The notes: generated by a model from the letters alone, not told the origin. DNA of 64,000 bases from Leucoraja ocellata (GCA_036785375.1 JAWMAR010000013.1:1240001-1304000), one strand, 5' to 3'. Positions 25,697 through 38,364 are shown, counted from the first letter of the stretch. Made by a program: numbers and translations.

Positions 25697-25904
25697 CTGT
25701 ATACAAAGTCAGTGGAAAGAAAATCAAGTCTTCGAAATAAAATAAACCAATATCAAATGAAAGGCTTTGCATTGTCACAAGATCAGCACCCCTTCCTAAA
25801 CTTCCACCAACTCAGATACCATTAATCTCTTTGTATTGATTTGTTGGAAGAATTTTACCAGATTACATTACATTGAACAAGGGATAGGCATAAACTGGTA
25901 AATG

Positions 25905-26290
25905 TTAAGAATTCATGCAGCTAAGAAACAGACCCCTTGCATCAGTAGTCCACGCTGACCATTGGGTACTCAACTAAACCCATTTTCCAGAACTTTGCCA
26001 TCATCCTTGGTGATTCAAGTGCTCATTAAAATACTTATTAAATGTTTTAAGTACCAACCTCCCCATTTTCTCAGGTAGCAAGTTCCAGACTTGTACCCCT
26101 TCTTTCTCAGATTCCCACTAAATCTCCTACTCTTTCTTTGAACTTATGCCCTTTGATTTTATACGCCTCTACAATGGGGAAAGTGTGTTAATATCTAGCC
26201 CATCTTTGGCCTTCATCATTTTGCATGCCTGAATCAGATTCCCCCTCTGCTTCTTCTGCTACAAGGAGTAGAAATACAGTCTATCCAGTT
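25905..26290 (-). mobile_element. Decayed CR1-like 3' end
   Basis: Similar to other minus-strand CR1 3' fragments in the window. Confidence 0.55.
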
Positions 26291-27772
26291 ACTCTGGTTA
26301 ATTTTCGTGCCTGCAGCAGCTCGGACCATTGGAACACATCAACAACATAATCTGGACAGGCCGACCCCTGCAACTCCAACCCAGTTCCGCCGAACAGTAC
26401 AACAGGACTTTATGGCCTAGTTAAGAACTCTACATTTTTAGCAACTTTAGACTTGAAGCATTCAAAATGACACGTAAATGTGGCAACTCGTGTAATGTCT
26501 CAGTGTAATCTGCTATTCCTACACTCTTCTACCTGTGTACGATGTATAGTAAGATTTTTACTGAACCACAGGCAAAAAAAAAGAATTTCACTGTACTTAA
26601 GTACACGTGACAATAAGTACCGTTGAACCATTGAATTCTTAGGGCTAATTGACATGCTTGTGATGTGCCCCATCTGTGGAGCATCCTTACATGGATGCAC
26701 TAGACTACAGCCTTTGGACTCTTATGACCCAATAATATCTTGTTGAGTTTGATTTCAGTAACCGTGTTATATTCCAATATTCCAATAACCAATGCTATAT
26801 TCAAAGGGATTGCTAACTTTGTTACTCGTCCCATCTCCCTTGGTCCCATACACCACCTCCCTGTCCCATCTGATTCCATCAGCTGAAGCCCTATGTCACC
26901 TCTACCAATTACACCCAGTCTCTGTTGATAACTCCACCCCTCTCTCCCTCACCTGACCATCCACATCCCTTCTCACCTAAATCCATGTATTGTGCACTCA
27001 CATTCTTGCACATCATTTCCACAGTGAGCATAATACATGCTCTATTGAGTAGCAAATTTGCTGCATTAATATGTTTGCTTGAATTCACTGATCAGCCAGT
27101 TTGTCTGCAATGTGTAATCCAAGCAAATTCTGGAACTTGGTCTTTTTTGCGCTGTCCCAGTGTCAGCGGGCCAAATCTGCCCCTACCTTTCAAATTCCCT
27201 GAATAGCTGATGTTCATTATCTACCATGATCACTGCTCTTGTTGGAAAAATTCATTCTCCATATTCCTCCCACCAGATCAATCTTATTACACCATCAAGT
27301 AACAACATTCGATATTCAATATCAACATAATATTGACACAAGGGACTGCAGAGGCTGGAATTCGGTGCAAAAAAACAGTGACAAGTCTTGATGCAAGGCC
27401 TTGACCAGTAATGCTGAATATCCCTTTGCCTCCACAGAAGCTGTCTGACATGCTGAATTGCTCCAAAGTTTGTTTTGGGTTAATATAGTGTTATTGAGTT
27501 TCCTGATGTTCTTCTGAACATACGGGACCATTTGGAGGCAAGAGACATAAACATTACATTCCTTAGTGAAGAGAACAACTCTCAATGAAACACCAGAAAC
27601 TGGTTCAACAATGTATCAAGGTTACACCTCATGATATACTTCATTCTTCAAAGATAACTTTACATGCAGCCACAGCGAAGGTCAGACCAGTGACTTACTT
27701 TCAGCAATGTACATTATCAAAGTGAACAAAACAATGAATGAGGATGCAAGCAGCAATTCACAGTGATCTCAC

Positions 27773-27874
27773 CAGATTTGGTGTATTTCCAAAATTCTTG
27801 CGCTCAAAATTCTTCGGATTTCTTTTGACGAAGGGCTCGCTGGTAATATTTATCATTAAACACTCCTCGGCCAT
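27773..27874 (-). CDS. DDX31: DDX31 first coding exon (MAEECLMINITSEPFVKRNPKNFERKNFGNTPNL), ATP-dependent DEAD-box RNA helicase
   Basis: aaacATGG Kozak context, donor CTG|gtgaga in phase 0 matching exon 2, at the CpG island edge. Confidence 0.8.
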
Positions 27875-28560
27875 GTTTAGCGAAGCTGCAACGACTCGGG
27901 ACAAACTGCAGCAACCTCGGCTCCCCAAACAGCGGGCCGGTCCCACGTGAATCCACCAGCCACTTGTCCTCTTCTAATCACAGCAACTTTAATTCACAAA
28001 CAAACCACTTAAAAAAAAATAAACCAGCCCTAACAAAAGAATAAGCAAGGGAGACTTCTGGAAGTTTCCTGGGGTCTGCTTCCACGCGCACGTTGTTTCA
28101 TTACCGGGTGGATCCCGGTTGAAGTTTCCCGTTGCCCGGTGATATCAGGCGATCTGAGTGGTCGCTCCGCTTCATCAGCTCGGGGGCCTCCCGGCCATGC
28201 GGGCGCGGTGCTTGAGCGTCACTGGCGGGAGTAGAGCTGTGGAAGATGGCGTCTGTGTCCGCGGCCACCGGGAAGAGAAAGAACAGCGGCAACCTGGCCG
28301 TGCTGACGAGCAAGCGGGAGCCCAGCGTCAAGCTGCAGTACCCGGTGAGCGGCCCCGAGCCGCTCGGTTGGTCCGAGGACAATCGGCTGTCCATCACCAC
28401 CGGTAAAAACATCTACGTGCTGGAGCAGATCTGCGACATTCACAACAACGGGCTGGACATGGTGATCCAGCGAACCTCGGTGCCGGCGCCCAGCCAGAGC
28501 TGCTCGCTTAAGGTAACCCCCCCCCCCACGCCTTGCCCGTCTTCCCGCATCCCTTGCAGA
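27860..28560. promoter_or_regulatory. CpG island / bidirectional promoter shared by DDX31 and GTF3C4
   Basis: CpG-dense segment; divergent ATGs at 27874 and 28246; CACGTG 27944-27949, TGGCGGGA 28223-28230, AAGATGGCG 28243-28251. Confidence 0.85.
28246..28512 (+). CDS. GTF3C4: GTF3C4 (TFIIIC 90 kDa subunit) coding exon 1
   Basis: ATG...REPSVKLQYPVSGPEPLGWSED...RTSVPAP; donor AAG|gtaacc; 267 nt. Confidence 0.95.
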
Positions 28561-28701
28561 TCTAAAACTTCCCAAACTCGCTTGCTCCCCACCCGAAAAA
28601 CATTTGCGATGTTTTGAAATAAAATGCCTCCCTGAAGAAAAATCAGCGCGCATTTAGACCACGAAAATGTCCCGATTTGCAATTTAAGGTGTTGCGACTG
28701 A

Positions 28702-28858
28702 TAGAAACATAGAAAATAGGTGCAGGAGTAGGCCATTTGGCCATTCGAGCCAGCGAGTTCAATGTGATCATGCTGATCATCCAAAATCAGTACCCCGTTT
28801 CGACTTTCCCCCCCATATCCCTTGATTCCCTTAGCCCTAAGAGCTAAATCTAACTCTT
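28702..28858 (-). mobile_element. CR1-clade LINE 3' end
   Basis: tagaaacatagaaaataggtgcaggagtaggcc family. Confidence 0.85.
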
Positions 28859-28976
28859 GAATTATTTTGCAGCATGATCCCTCGTTACAGAAAGTAATAT
28901 TGAGCAGGAAATGTGATTTGCAGTAAAATTGTTTGGGGCACCATGGAGAGCTCCTTTGTTGCTCTTTGGTCTAGTG

Positions 28977-29419
28977 CAGTGGTTCCCAACGTGGGGCGTA
29001 CGCCCCACAGGGGGGCAATTTGATTTTTAAGGGGGGCAATTGAGCGCGACTGAGGAGGTCTGGGTCCAAATTTTCGATTTTTATTTTTTTGGATTTACCA
29101 TCAGGTAAACATATGTAGTTTATGTTTCAGATGTTATTTTGAGTAAATAATTTTTTTTGGGTAAAAAAGGTCTTTATTGTGTAGTTATTACATAATCACC
29201 GCGCCATCGCTCTTCTTGCACGTCGCACGAAGCGCGCGAGGTCATGGGAGAACCTTATTTATTGAATTGGATTTAGAAATGCGATTCAAAGAGCTTTTGC
29301 TACGTTACCCTTATAATATCTATTTCCTCCGTTTTCTCTCAAAGGAAAGCAAGGGGGGGGCATCAGGATTTTAGAGGTGATTAGGTGGGGCATGGCCAAA
29401 AAAAGGTTGGGAACCACTG
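28977..29419. mobile_element. Non-autonomous hAT (Charlie-like) DNA transposon, 443 bp
   Basis: Perfect 14-bp TIR CAGTGGTTCCCAAC/GTTGGGAACCACTG; perfect 8-bp TSD GTCTAGTG at 28969-28976 and 29420-29427. Confidence 0.93.
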
Positions 29420-30686
29420 GTCTAGTGTCATGCATGTTACATCTTACATGCACATGAAAAGTCGGATGTAGGCTTGGTTTAATGTTAGATTCCGAAGGCA
29501 GCACTTCTTGCAGTGTAGGGTTCTTTCAACTAAGTTAGTCCCATTTGCCCATGTTTGGCCCATATCCCTCTAAACCTTTCTTATTCATGTACCTGTCCAG
29601 ATGTCTTCTAAATGTTGTTAAAGAACTTTCCTCAACTACCTCTTCTGGCAGCACAGAAAAGTTGCCCCTTGGGTTCCTATTACATCTTGCCCCTCTCACC
29701 CTAAATATCAATTCTCTGGTTCTTGATTCCCCTGGCTCGCCGAGTTACCTTAGCATTTTGTGTCTTTTTTTGTAAACCAACATCTGCTGTTCCTTGTGTC
29801 TGATAAGTGTAGGTGTTGGGAGTACTTACCACTTTAGCCACAAACTTACAATTTGGGTATAATGTAGATGAAGTGTCAGAAAAGGTCCTGTTGCACTGCC
29901 TAAATCAAAGCAGTTTGTGTCATAGTATTTTATATCTATTTTACATATTTTTAATTTATCCTATTCTTGATAGGACAATTGCATCTAATTTCACATTTGT
30001 AGATGGTTATGCATTGAAAGTCCATGTTTACAGGGAATTGGAATAAAGCCGTCTAAACAAATTTCTTGAAACCCCCTTGATCTGTAAATCAGGAAATGTT
30101 TATCTCATCAATTCAAACTAGATATGAAATGCATCTCCGCACCCTTGTTCTTTAGATCTTCCTTCCACGGTATTTATTTTGTTACCTCCTTTGAAAAGCC
30201 TCGCAGTCCGATTTGCTGAGTTTTTCCATAATTTCTGACAGAAAATATTTATTGAGCCTGTAAAGTGGGAAAGTGTGTTCCATGACACACTGAAAATGAA
30301 AAGGAACATTGCCTAGAACAGAGGATGGTAAGACAACTAGTTGAACAGCTGGAGAGTTCAGCGTGTGTAGAAAGACTTTTCCAAAACTGACGCTGAGTTT
30401 TTTCAGCATTTTCAATTTTTGATTCAGATGTCCAATATCTGCAGTTTTTTTAATTTTTCATTTCTCCACATTTCTAAGGGTAGGGGGAATTCCCATTTTT
30501 TGTTAAGTGGAAAAAGTTGCAAATATGCACTTGAGACTTGAAATGAATCTCATTCAGGCCAATTATTATTTTTTAATCAATATTTGATGGCAGCAATATG
30601 CCCATAAATTGGTTAAAATTAAATTTGATAATATGAATTTACTTTGGACTATGTACTGATATAAAAAATGTTTTTTTTTGTTTCAG

Positions 30687-32501
30687 GTTGGCTCTCAAGC
30701 AGAAGTAAGTGAATGCAAGAAGAAGTTCTTGAATAAAAGAGATCCAACACTAAGTCACTCACTAATGATGGACAGGATCTTTAATCCTGAAGGTGGTGCA
30801 TTGTCACCCTTACGAGGATTTAAATTCACCAGTTGGTCCCCCTTGGGTTGTGATATAAATGGAAGGTGCTTATTGGCATCTTTAACACTGGATAATAGAC
30901 TGTCCATCCAGGTGAATGTAAATAGGCTGCAGTGGACACCAGCTTTAGATATTACAGAAGTGTATGGTGAAATGTTATACGAGAACAAATATGGACATTT
31001 GGATGCAGACTTGGATGAGGAGCTGAAGAATTTCTCGGAATTCCAAAGGAGGCACTATATGCAAACTCCTGTCAGAATGGAATGGTCCAGTATTTGCAAT
31101 ACCCAACGCGTAAAAGCCAACAATGAGTGTGAAGATGTGGGTACAGTTCTGTTGGCCGTCCTACTTGAAAATGGTGATGTTGTCATATGGCAGTTTTTGA
31201 TCCCATTTCATGGCAAAGATTCAATCATTGCATGCAGTACGATTGAATCAGGCATTAATGACCCAAGTGTTCTGTCTTGGTGGGAATATGAGCACGGGAG
31301 TCGCAAAATGAGTGGCTTGATTGTTGGTAGCTCCAAAGGACCTGTTAAGATTCTGCCAGTCAACTTGAAATCAGTGAAAGGATACTTCACTCTCAGGCAG
31401 CCAGTGGTTCTTTGGCAAGAGATGGATCAGTTACCCGTGCATAATATTAAATGCATATCTCTCTCCCACCCATATCAGAAATGTAGCTGCAGTTTGGTTG
31501 TTGCAGCCAGAGGAACATATGTTTTCTGGTGTCTGTTGTTAATATCCAAAGCAGGACTCAATGTTCACAATTCTCATGTAACTGGCCTCCACACACTTCC
31601 CATTGTATCTCTGACTGCGAACAAGCAAACCGGGAGTTTCTACACCTGCTCTGTCGATGGAACCATCCAAAAGTTGACTCCAGTCTTCACAGATGTAGCA
31701 GTGAAGTTTGACCATGTTTTAATCAAGTTACCAGAGTCAATTGGCTCCGTGAGACTTCATGGAATCTGTCTGAGCCCCAATGATGCTTACATGGCACTTG
31801 TGACAGCGGAAGGTATAAATAATGGCCTCCATCCAGCTAGCCGCACGTACCAGGTGCAGTTTATTACGTTAAAAACTCCAGAAGAAGCAGCATCTAAGCT
31901 TTTGGAATCGTCCATCCACAACCTATTCAAACAGGTGGACTTGCTTGATCTTGTACGCTGGCGAATATTGACAGAGAAGTGTATTCCCCCAGACCTTGAT
32001 GAAGCTTTAGACCATAAGCTCCAGACAAATCCATTAAGCTACCTATGGCGGCTAAAACTTTTCTTTTTAAAGATCTTATTTCAGACATTACAGAAGAATC
32101 CCGCTGAAACACTTTGGAGGCCAAATCATCATGAATCAAAGGTGCTGCTGTGTGATAATTCTGTGTTGTTAAATGAAAAAAGTGGACAGCCTGACGAAGC
32201 AGAGACAAGTGCAAAGGAAGGTCAATCAAGTCGAGTGCTTGGGTGTCAAGCGGAAGACTCGCCTGTGGACCCAAAAGTAGACAAATCTGAAGAACAAATT
32301 CGGGAGAGGGTTTCAAGGAAATTGAATGAGATTCAGAGTAGGATTGAAGATGTGGAGCTCCACTTGACTCGTGAACACATGAAAAGAGTCCTAGGCGAAG
32401 TGTACCTCCACACCTGGATAACTGAGAACACCAGTATCCCAACCAGGGGCATTTGTGACTTTTTAACATCTGATACTGGCTACGATGATAGGACAGCTAA
32501 G
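30687..32501 (+). CDS. GTF3C4: GTF3C4 coding exon 2 (large, 1815 nt)
   Basis: tttcag|GTT...AAG|gtagga; 605 open codons incl. SWSPLGCD, HTWITENTSIPTRG. Confidence 0.97.
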
Positions 32502-33034
32502 GTAGGACTCGCCTGAACAATTTTTTTTCCCCTAATGCTCTCCTCCTCTCCACTCTTAGTCTAACTGCCTGTTACATGCTATGTGATGTTAAATATATAA
32601 AGTTAATTGGACTTCAGATGTATTTTGTCTTGTTTAATGGAAAAATAAAATAAGCTAATTTTTATTCCTAAGGTGTTGCCAAGGTTGCTGGACAGGACTA
32701 CAGAATATCTACAAATAGCTATCATATCATTGGTCCTTATCGAGTGTGACATTTGGGTTTTAAATATCCACCATTATGTTTTGGATTCACAAGCATTGTA
32801 CATCAAGTTATTTGGCAGTCTCTTAAACTTTGTTGAAATTTGACACAATTTTGGACATTGCAAATGCAGACTGGGTTTCTCTGACAATAGGACTCTTCTG
32901 GTTATGGCACCAAGTTAGCCAAAGATTGTAAATTCTAATCTTGCATCACGCCAGATTGAATGCAATGAAAAGTGGACTCGCTGCCATCAAAAGTGCATGT
33001 TGCAAGGCTCAACTGCAGAGACACAAACGGCAAG

Positions 33035-33393
33035 ATTGTTAAGGGTTTGGGCGCTAGTGGCAGGAAACATGTACCTGATGTTGGGGGAGTCCAGAACCAT
33101 GGGCCACAGTTTAAGAATAAGGAGTAAGCCATTCAGAACGGATACGAGGAAACACATTTTCTCACAGAGAGTTGTGAGTCTGTGGAATTCTCTGCCTCAG
33201 AGGGCGGTGGAGGCAGCTTCTCTGGATGCTTTCAAGAGAGAGCTAGATAGGGCTCTTAACAATTGCGGAGTCAGGGGATATGGGGAGAAGGCAGGAACGG
33301 GGTACTGATTGGGGATGATCAGCCACGATCACATTGAATGGCGGTGCTGGTTCGAAGGGCCGAATGGCCTACTCCTGCACCTATTGTCTATTG
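33035..33393 (+). mobile_element. Young CR1-clade LINE 3' end
   Basis: GHSLRIR...FSQRVVSLWNSLPQ...GYGEKAGTGY*, ctattgtctattg tail. Confidence 0.9.
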
Positions 33394-33829
33394 CCATTTG
33401 ACCAATCGTGTATGTGCAAAGTTATCATTCTAATCCCATTTTGTAGAACATAGAACAGTACAGCACATGAACAAGCCCTCTGGCCTACAATGTCCCTGCT
33501 GTAAATGTTGCCAGATTAAACAAATCTCCTCTGCCTGCACATGATCCACAACCGTCCATTCCCTGCATATCTATGTACCTACCTCAAAGCCCCTTGAATG
33601 CCATTATTGTATGTGCCTCCACCACCACTCTTGACAGGGCAGTCCATGGCACCCAACACTCTGTGGAGAATCCCACACATCTTTAAATTTTGACACTCTA
33701 TTCATTGATATTTCAACTCAAGAAAAATGGCTCTGACTGTCTACCCTGAGGTTCCCCCCTCAGCCTCCGATACTCCTGAGAAAACAATCCAAGTTTGTCC
33801 AACCTCTCCTGTAAACGGGCATCATTCAG

Positions 33830-34190
33830 ATAAATCATCTCGCTGAATACCTCCGCTGTCCGCCTTAACCTACCTGATCCCCCGGTTGCTCAGCAGTTTA
33901 ACTCCCCCTCCCATTCCCAATCTGACCTTTCTGTCCTGGGTCTCCTCCATTGTCAGAGTGAGGCCCAGCACAAATTGGAGGAACAGCACCTCATATTTCG
34001 CTTGGGTAGCTTACACCCCAGCGGTATGAACATTGACTTGTCTAACTTCAATAGCCCTTGCTTACTATATTCTATCTCTGTCCCGACCACTCCCCTGACA
34101 TTAGTCTGAAGAAGGGTCTCGACCCGAAATGTAACCCATTCCTTCTCTCCAGAGATGCTGCCTGTCCCGCTGAGTTACTCCAGCATTTTG
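33830..34190 (+). mobile_element. Penelope-like 3' fragment (GIY-YIG C-terminus, pLTR, hammerhead) nested in CR1
   Basis: QQFNSPSHSQSDLSVLGLLHCQSEAQHKLEEQHLIFRLGSL. Confidence 0.85.
34106..34133 (+). ncRNA. Minimal hammerhead ribozyme motif at Penelope 3' end
   Basis: CTGAAGA-A-GGGT(CTCG)ACCC-GAAATGTA, directly downstream of a GIY-YIG fragment. Confidence 0.6.
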
Positions 34191-36608
34191 ATAAACTTCT
34201 TCTGCATCCTTTCCAAAGCCTTCCACATCCTTCCTGTAATAATCAAACATAACTGTACCCAATATTCCAAGTGGAGCCTAACCAAATTCCTATAAACCTG
34301 CAACATGATTTTCTGATCCTTTACTCATTGCAGCAAACAATGAAGGCAGGCATAGCATATGTCTTTACCAGGCTCTCTACTTCTGCTGCACTTTCAGGGA
34401 GCAATGGACTTGAACCCAAGATCCCTCTGTACCATTAACTATTTATTTTTCCCTTGCAATCGATCTCTCAAAGTGCAGCACCTTATACTTGCTCGTATTA
34501 AACTCCATCTGCTATTTCTGTAACCTATTTACACCCTGCTGTATACTTCGACTCATTGCCTTCCTCACCAGTCACATACCTCCATAATAACACACTTCCA
34601 CCATATCTGCCTTCTATGAGTAAACCAGCTCTAAATCCAAATTACTATGGATATCATGTATCTTAACCTTTTGAATCTGCTTGCCAAGTGATTTTATAAA
34701 ATGCTGTTCAAAAATACACGAAGGCAAAATGTATTACCCTAATATCGTGGTTCACCTTTGTCATCTCTGCAAAACCCTCAATCAAGTTCATAAGACCTGA
34801 TGTTATGGACAAAGCCATGCAAACTGTCCCTAATTAGCCTGTTCTCTTCCAAATGCATGTGAATCGTAGCACAACAAATCCTTTCAAGTGTCTTCCCTAT
34901 CCACTGACGGGAGACTGAATGGCCTATAATTTTCTGGATTATTTATATTTCCTTTCTTAAACAAATGAACAATATTAGCAACTCTCCAGTCCTCCGGGAC
35001 CTCGCCTGTTACTAAAAAAAGATGCAAAGATCTTGGTCAAGGCTCCCGCAATCTCTCTTGCCTCCCACAATAAACTGAGGTAGATCCCATCAGGCCCAGG
35101 GCATTTATCCACCTCAATGCCGTTCAAGAGGCCCAGTATTTCTTCCTCCTTAGTCCCAAACTATCCTAGCATTTTCGTAATGCCCACAATAATTTCACTG
35201 TCCTAAAAGACTTCTCCTTGGTGAATACAGATGCAAACTGCTTGTTTAGATCCTCGCCTATATCCTCTTGACTTGTGGCCCAAGTTTCTCCTCTTTATCC
35301 TTGAGTGGTCCTACCTTCCCCCTGATTTCCCCTTTTTTTTTTTTTTTGCATAGGTACAAAGCATCAGGATTTTCTTTAATCCCGACACTCCAATATCATT
35401 TTGTGGCCCTTTTTGTCTCTTCTAATTGCTCAATGATTTTTTTTCTCCCTGCTGTATCTATGTTCCTCAAAGGTCCAGTCTGATTTCATCTTTACAAACA
35501 TTACACAGGCTTCCTTTTTCTTTTTTTGTTAAATTTACAACCTCTGGTCATCCAAGTTCCCTTACCTTGTCATACTTATCCCTCCTTACCGCGACATGCC
35601 AGTCCTGGTATTTGTAACACAAGGTCTGTAGCCCTGCAGGTGACTCATTTTCAAGTGCACGCCCATTTTATATTGGAGAAAAGAGCAGTAATCCCTGACG
35701 TTCTGTTACCGAGTTAACGTCAATAAAAATTTGCCCTTGAAATAGTTTCTGGAAAAAATAGGTGGTCAGTGACACCATACTGTTGTTTAGAACTTGCTGT
35801 GCATACTCATGTGCTAAGTCATCTTCGAGTGACTGCCTAAGAAGCAGAAGGCAGCACACATTTCTAGCATACTTCCTATATTGCTCTAAGAATCCTCAAT
35901 TGGTTATATAGCAACTTTAGATTATTTAAATGATATTGAATACATTATGTAGCTTTTCTTTTCTCCTTAAAATTGACATTGGAAAATTAAATATAGCTTC
36001 ATCAGCATTGCTAAAAGATGGCCATGTCATTTTTTTCCTGACACCTTTGCTTTCTAAGCTGCCCCTCAATGACTGAAACATATTTGATCAAACTAGCCAA
36101 TTATAAGTTAGACATAAACATAAGGAACTGCAGATGCTGGTTTACCAAAAAAGACCCCAAAGTGCTTGAGTAAAGCAGTACATCAGGCTTCCATCTTTGG
36201 AAAACATGGATAGCCATCAGGTCACGACACTTCATCAAACTGATTGGGGTGGGGGGGAAGCCGGAAAAGAGTTGGCGGCAGGACACCGCTTGGCATGCGA
36301 TATGTAGATACAAGTTGCAGATGCTGGTTTACTAAAAAAGACAAAGTGCTGAACTAATAAGGTGGAGGTGGTACTAAAAATATTGTCAAAAAATTGCTAT
36401 AGGACAAACAGTGTTTACTCTACTTGAACCATATCAGTGGAAATATAAATGCATGAACTGTTTCATTATATCTACAAGTACATTTCTACATTATGTAAAG
36501 GATATCTTTGAAACTCTAGCAATATTAGCTAGTGGAAGGTATTTGTAACTTAAACCCTTTATCCTAATATGAATAAGTTCAGTCAGTTGCTATACCTTGC
36601 AAGCAACT

Positions 36609-36663
36609 GAATCTTCAATGGGCAGTTAAAGATGGAATCTTCAATGGGCAGTTAAAGATGGAA
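36609..36663. repeat. Perfect 26-bp tandem duplication
   Basis: gaatcttcaatgggcagttaaagatg x2. Confidence 0.95.
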
Positions 36664-37770
36664 AGATACGAGCTAACACTATTGTTGCAGCTGAAAGAGA
36701 ATGTGCGGAGACTAGAGGCAATATTGACTATTTAAAAAATATATTATTTTAAAGAAAGCATTGAATTCAGTGGAGTGAAGCTCCGGAGATACATCTGCCT
36801 TTGGAGAATGGCAAGCTGCCCAGGCTCACCACTTACCTCTCCACACTTGCCAAGAGCACATTCTTGATCTTGGATAATGTGCACAACCCAGGGCTGCCTT
36901 GCAGCACATGGCCAGTTCTGTTCCTAAACATGCTTGATAGCTGGCAAAGCTTACCAGCTGGCAAAGTGTTCCAAATGTTAGGAAATGTCTGTTGGTTTCA
37001 GAAACATTGAAATGCATTCATGCAGTAAAAGATTGAACTATTGAGTTTAAAATAGATTTTTTTTTTTAACTGAAAACACAAATATAAGTGAATACATTTG
37101 AATTAACTTTATATACAAATGTTAGTTCAGAAAAAATAAATTGCCTGAAACTTGCCTATCTTCCTCGCAGCCACCTCCTCTCCATTAAAATGAATGGAGC
37201 CATTGAACCTATGCCAGGTTAACCTGTTGCACGTTCAGCACCCAGATTTCCCAGTCCAACCGCTGGAAAAACTGCAGGTAGGTGGCGCTCCTTTGCTGAA
37301 ATCCATTGAGTCCAATGTCAGAGTGCAATTAGAATCACCTTGGGGAGGAATCCATCAAGCATTTTGCAGAAGTGGTTTTCAGTGAGCTGTCATTTTAGCC
37401 CTTTCTGAATCGGGTTGTACACTGTTGATTTATCTGAGATAGGAGTAGGGCCTCATTCAAATGAGTAAAGTGATTTGTCCACAATTACAAATGCCTTGTC
37501 AGTTGCAGAATGAGCTTCAGTGATATTGGATGGTTGCCAGTGGTGTCATGGTGGTAGACAATTGAATAGAGAATGGAGAAGTCAAATACTTTTCTGAGCA
37601 CTCGAGGAAAAGGTTGACTTTCCAAATAGAATCATTTGCTCTCAATTTTCTGATTTCCAAAGTACTCTGTGTTGGTGCAGCAATTTACTGTTTAAAAAAC
37701 AAAAACAAATGGGGTTCTTGTCCTGCACCAGGAAATTAAATCATGCTTTCAAATATCTGTAGCTCAGTAA

Positions 37771-38090
37771 GGGGCTGCACGGTGGCGCAGCGGTAGAGTT
37801 GCTGCCTTACAGCGCTTTCAGCGCCAAAGACCCGGGTTCAATCCGGACTGCGGGTGCTGTCTATACAGAGTTTGTATGTTCTCCCCATGACCGTGTGGGT
37901 TTTCACCGAGATCTTCGATTTCCTCCAACACTACAAAGACGCACAGGTTTGTAGGTTCATTGGCTTTCTACAAAAATGTAAATTGTCCCTCGTGTGTGCA
38001 GGATAGTTAATATTCAGGGATCGCTGGTCGACACGGACTCGGTGGGCCTAAGGGCCTGTTTCCGTGCCGTATCTCTAAACTAAACTGAAA
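37771..38090 (+). mobile_element. Full-length HE1-like tRNA-derived V-SINE
   Basis: A box TGGCGCAGCGG 37783-37793, B box GGTTCAATCC 37835-37844, V-domain-like core, ctaaactaaact tail. Confidence 0.88.
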
Positions 38091-38364
38091 AAAAAGGTAT
38101 TAAAAATTCAGCCTCTTTTGTGGACTGAAATAATCACTGTTTTTCCATTTTTATTCAATCTCTTGTGCTAAGATTGCCTTGAAGCCCTTCACTGCTGTCT
38201 CTAAGCAGCCAGAATACCACATAATATTCAAGGAGCAATCCAGCCAGAATACTGTAATTTGATGTTTAAGAGGGAACTGCAGATGCTGGAGAATCGAAGG
38301 TTACACAGAAAAGCTGGAGAAACTCAGCGGGTGCAGCAGCATCTATGGAGCGAAGGAAATAGGC

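Larger units (their letters stand above)
33443..35610 (-). mobile_element. Older CR1-like LINE (RT region) interrupted by a Penelope fragment
   Basis: tagaacatagaacagtacagc tail; ctctccagtcctc (EDWR) and cccatcaggccc (GPDG) remnants. Confidence 0.75.

Noticed and set aside
28101-28784. Several overlapping ORFs antisense or out of frame to GTF3C4 exon 1
   Set aside because: Expected by-product of stop-poor GC-rich CpG island; no recognisable protein
31927-32469. 180-aa antisense ORF
   Set aside because: Shadow of GTF3C4 exon 2; no motif support
30687-32501. Unusually large exon as possible retrocopy
   Set aside because: Bounded by canonical splice sites in phase with neighbours; a large exon 2 is normal for GTF3C4 as recalled
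37771-37850. tRNA gene candidate
   Set aside because: A/B boxes continue into SINE body and tail; no full cloverleaf
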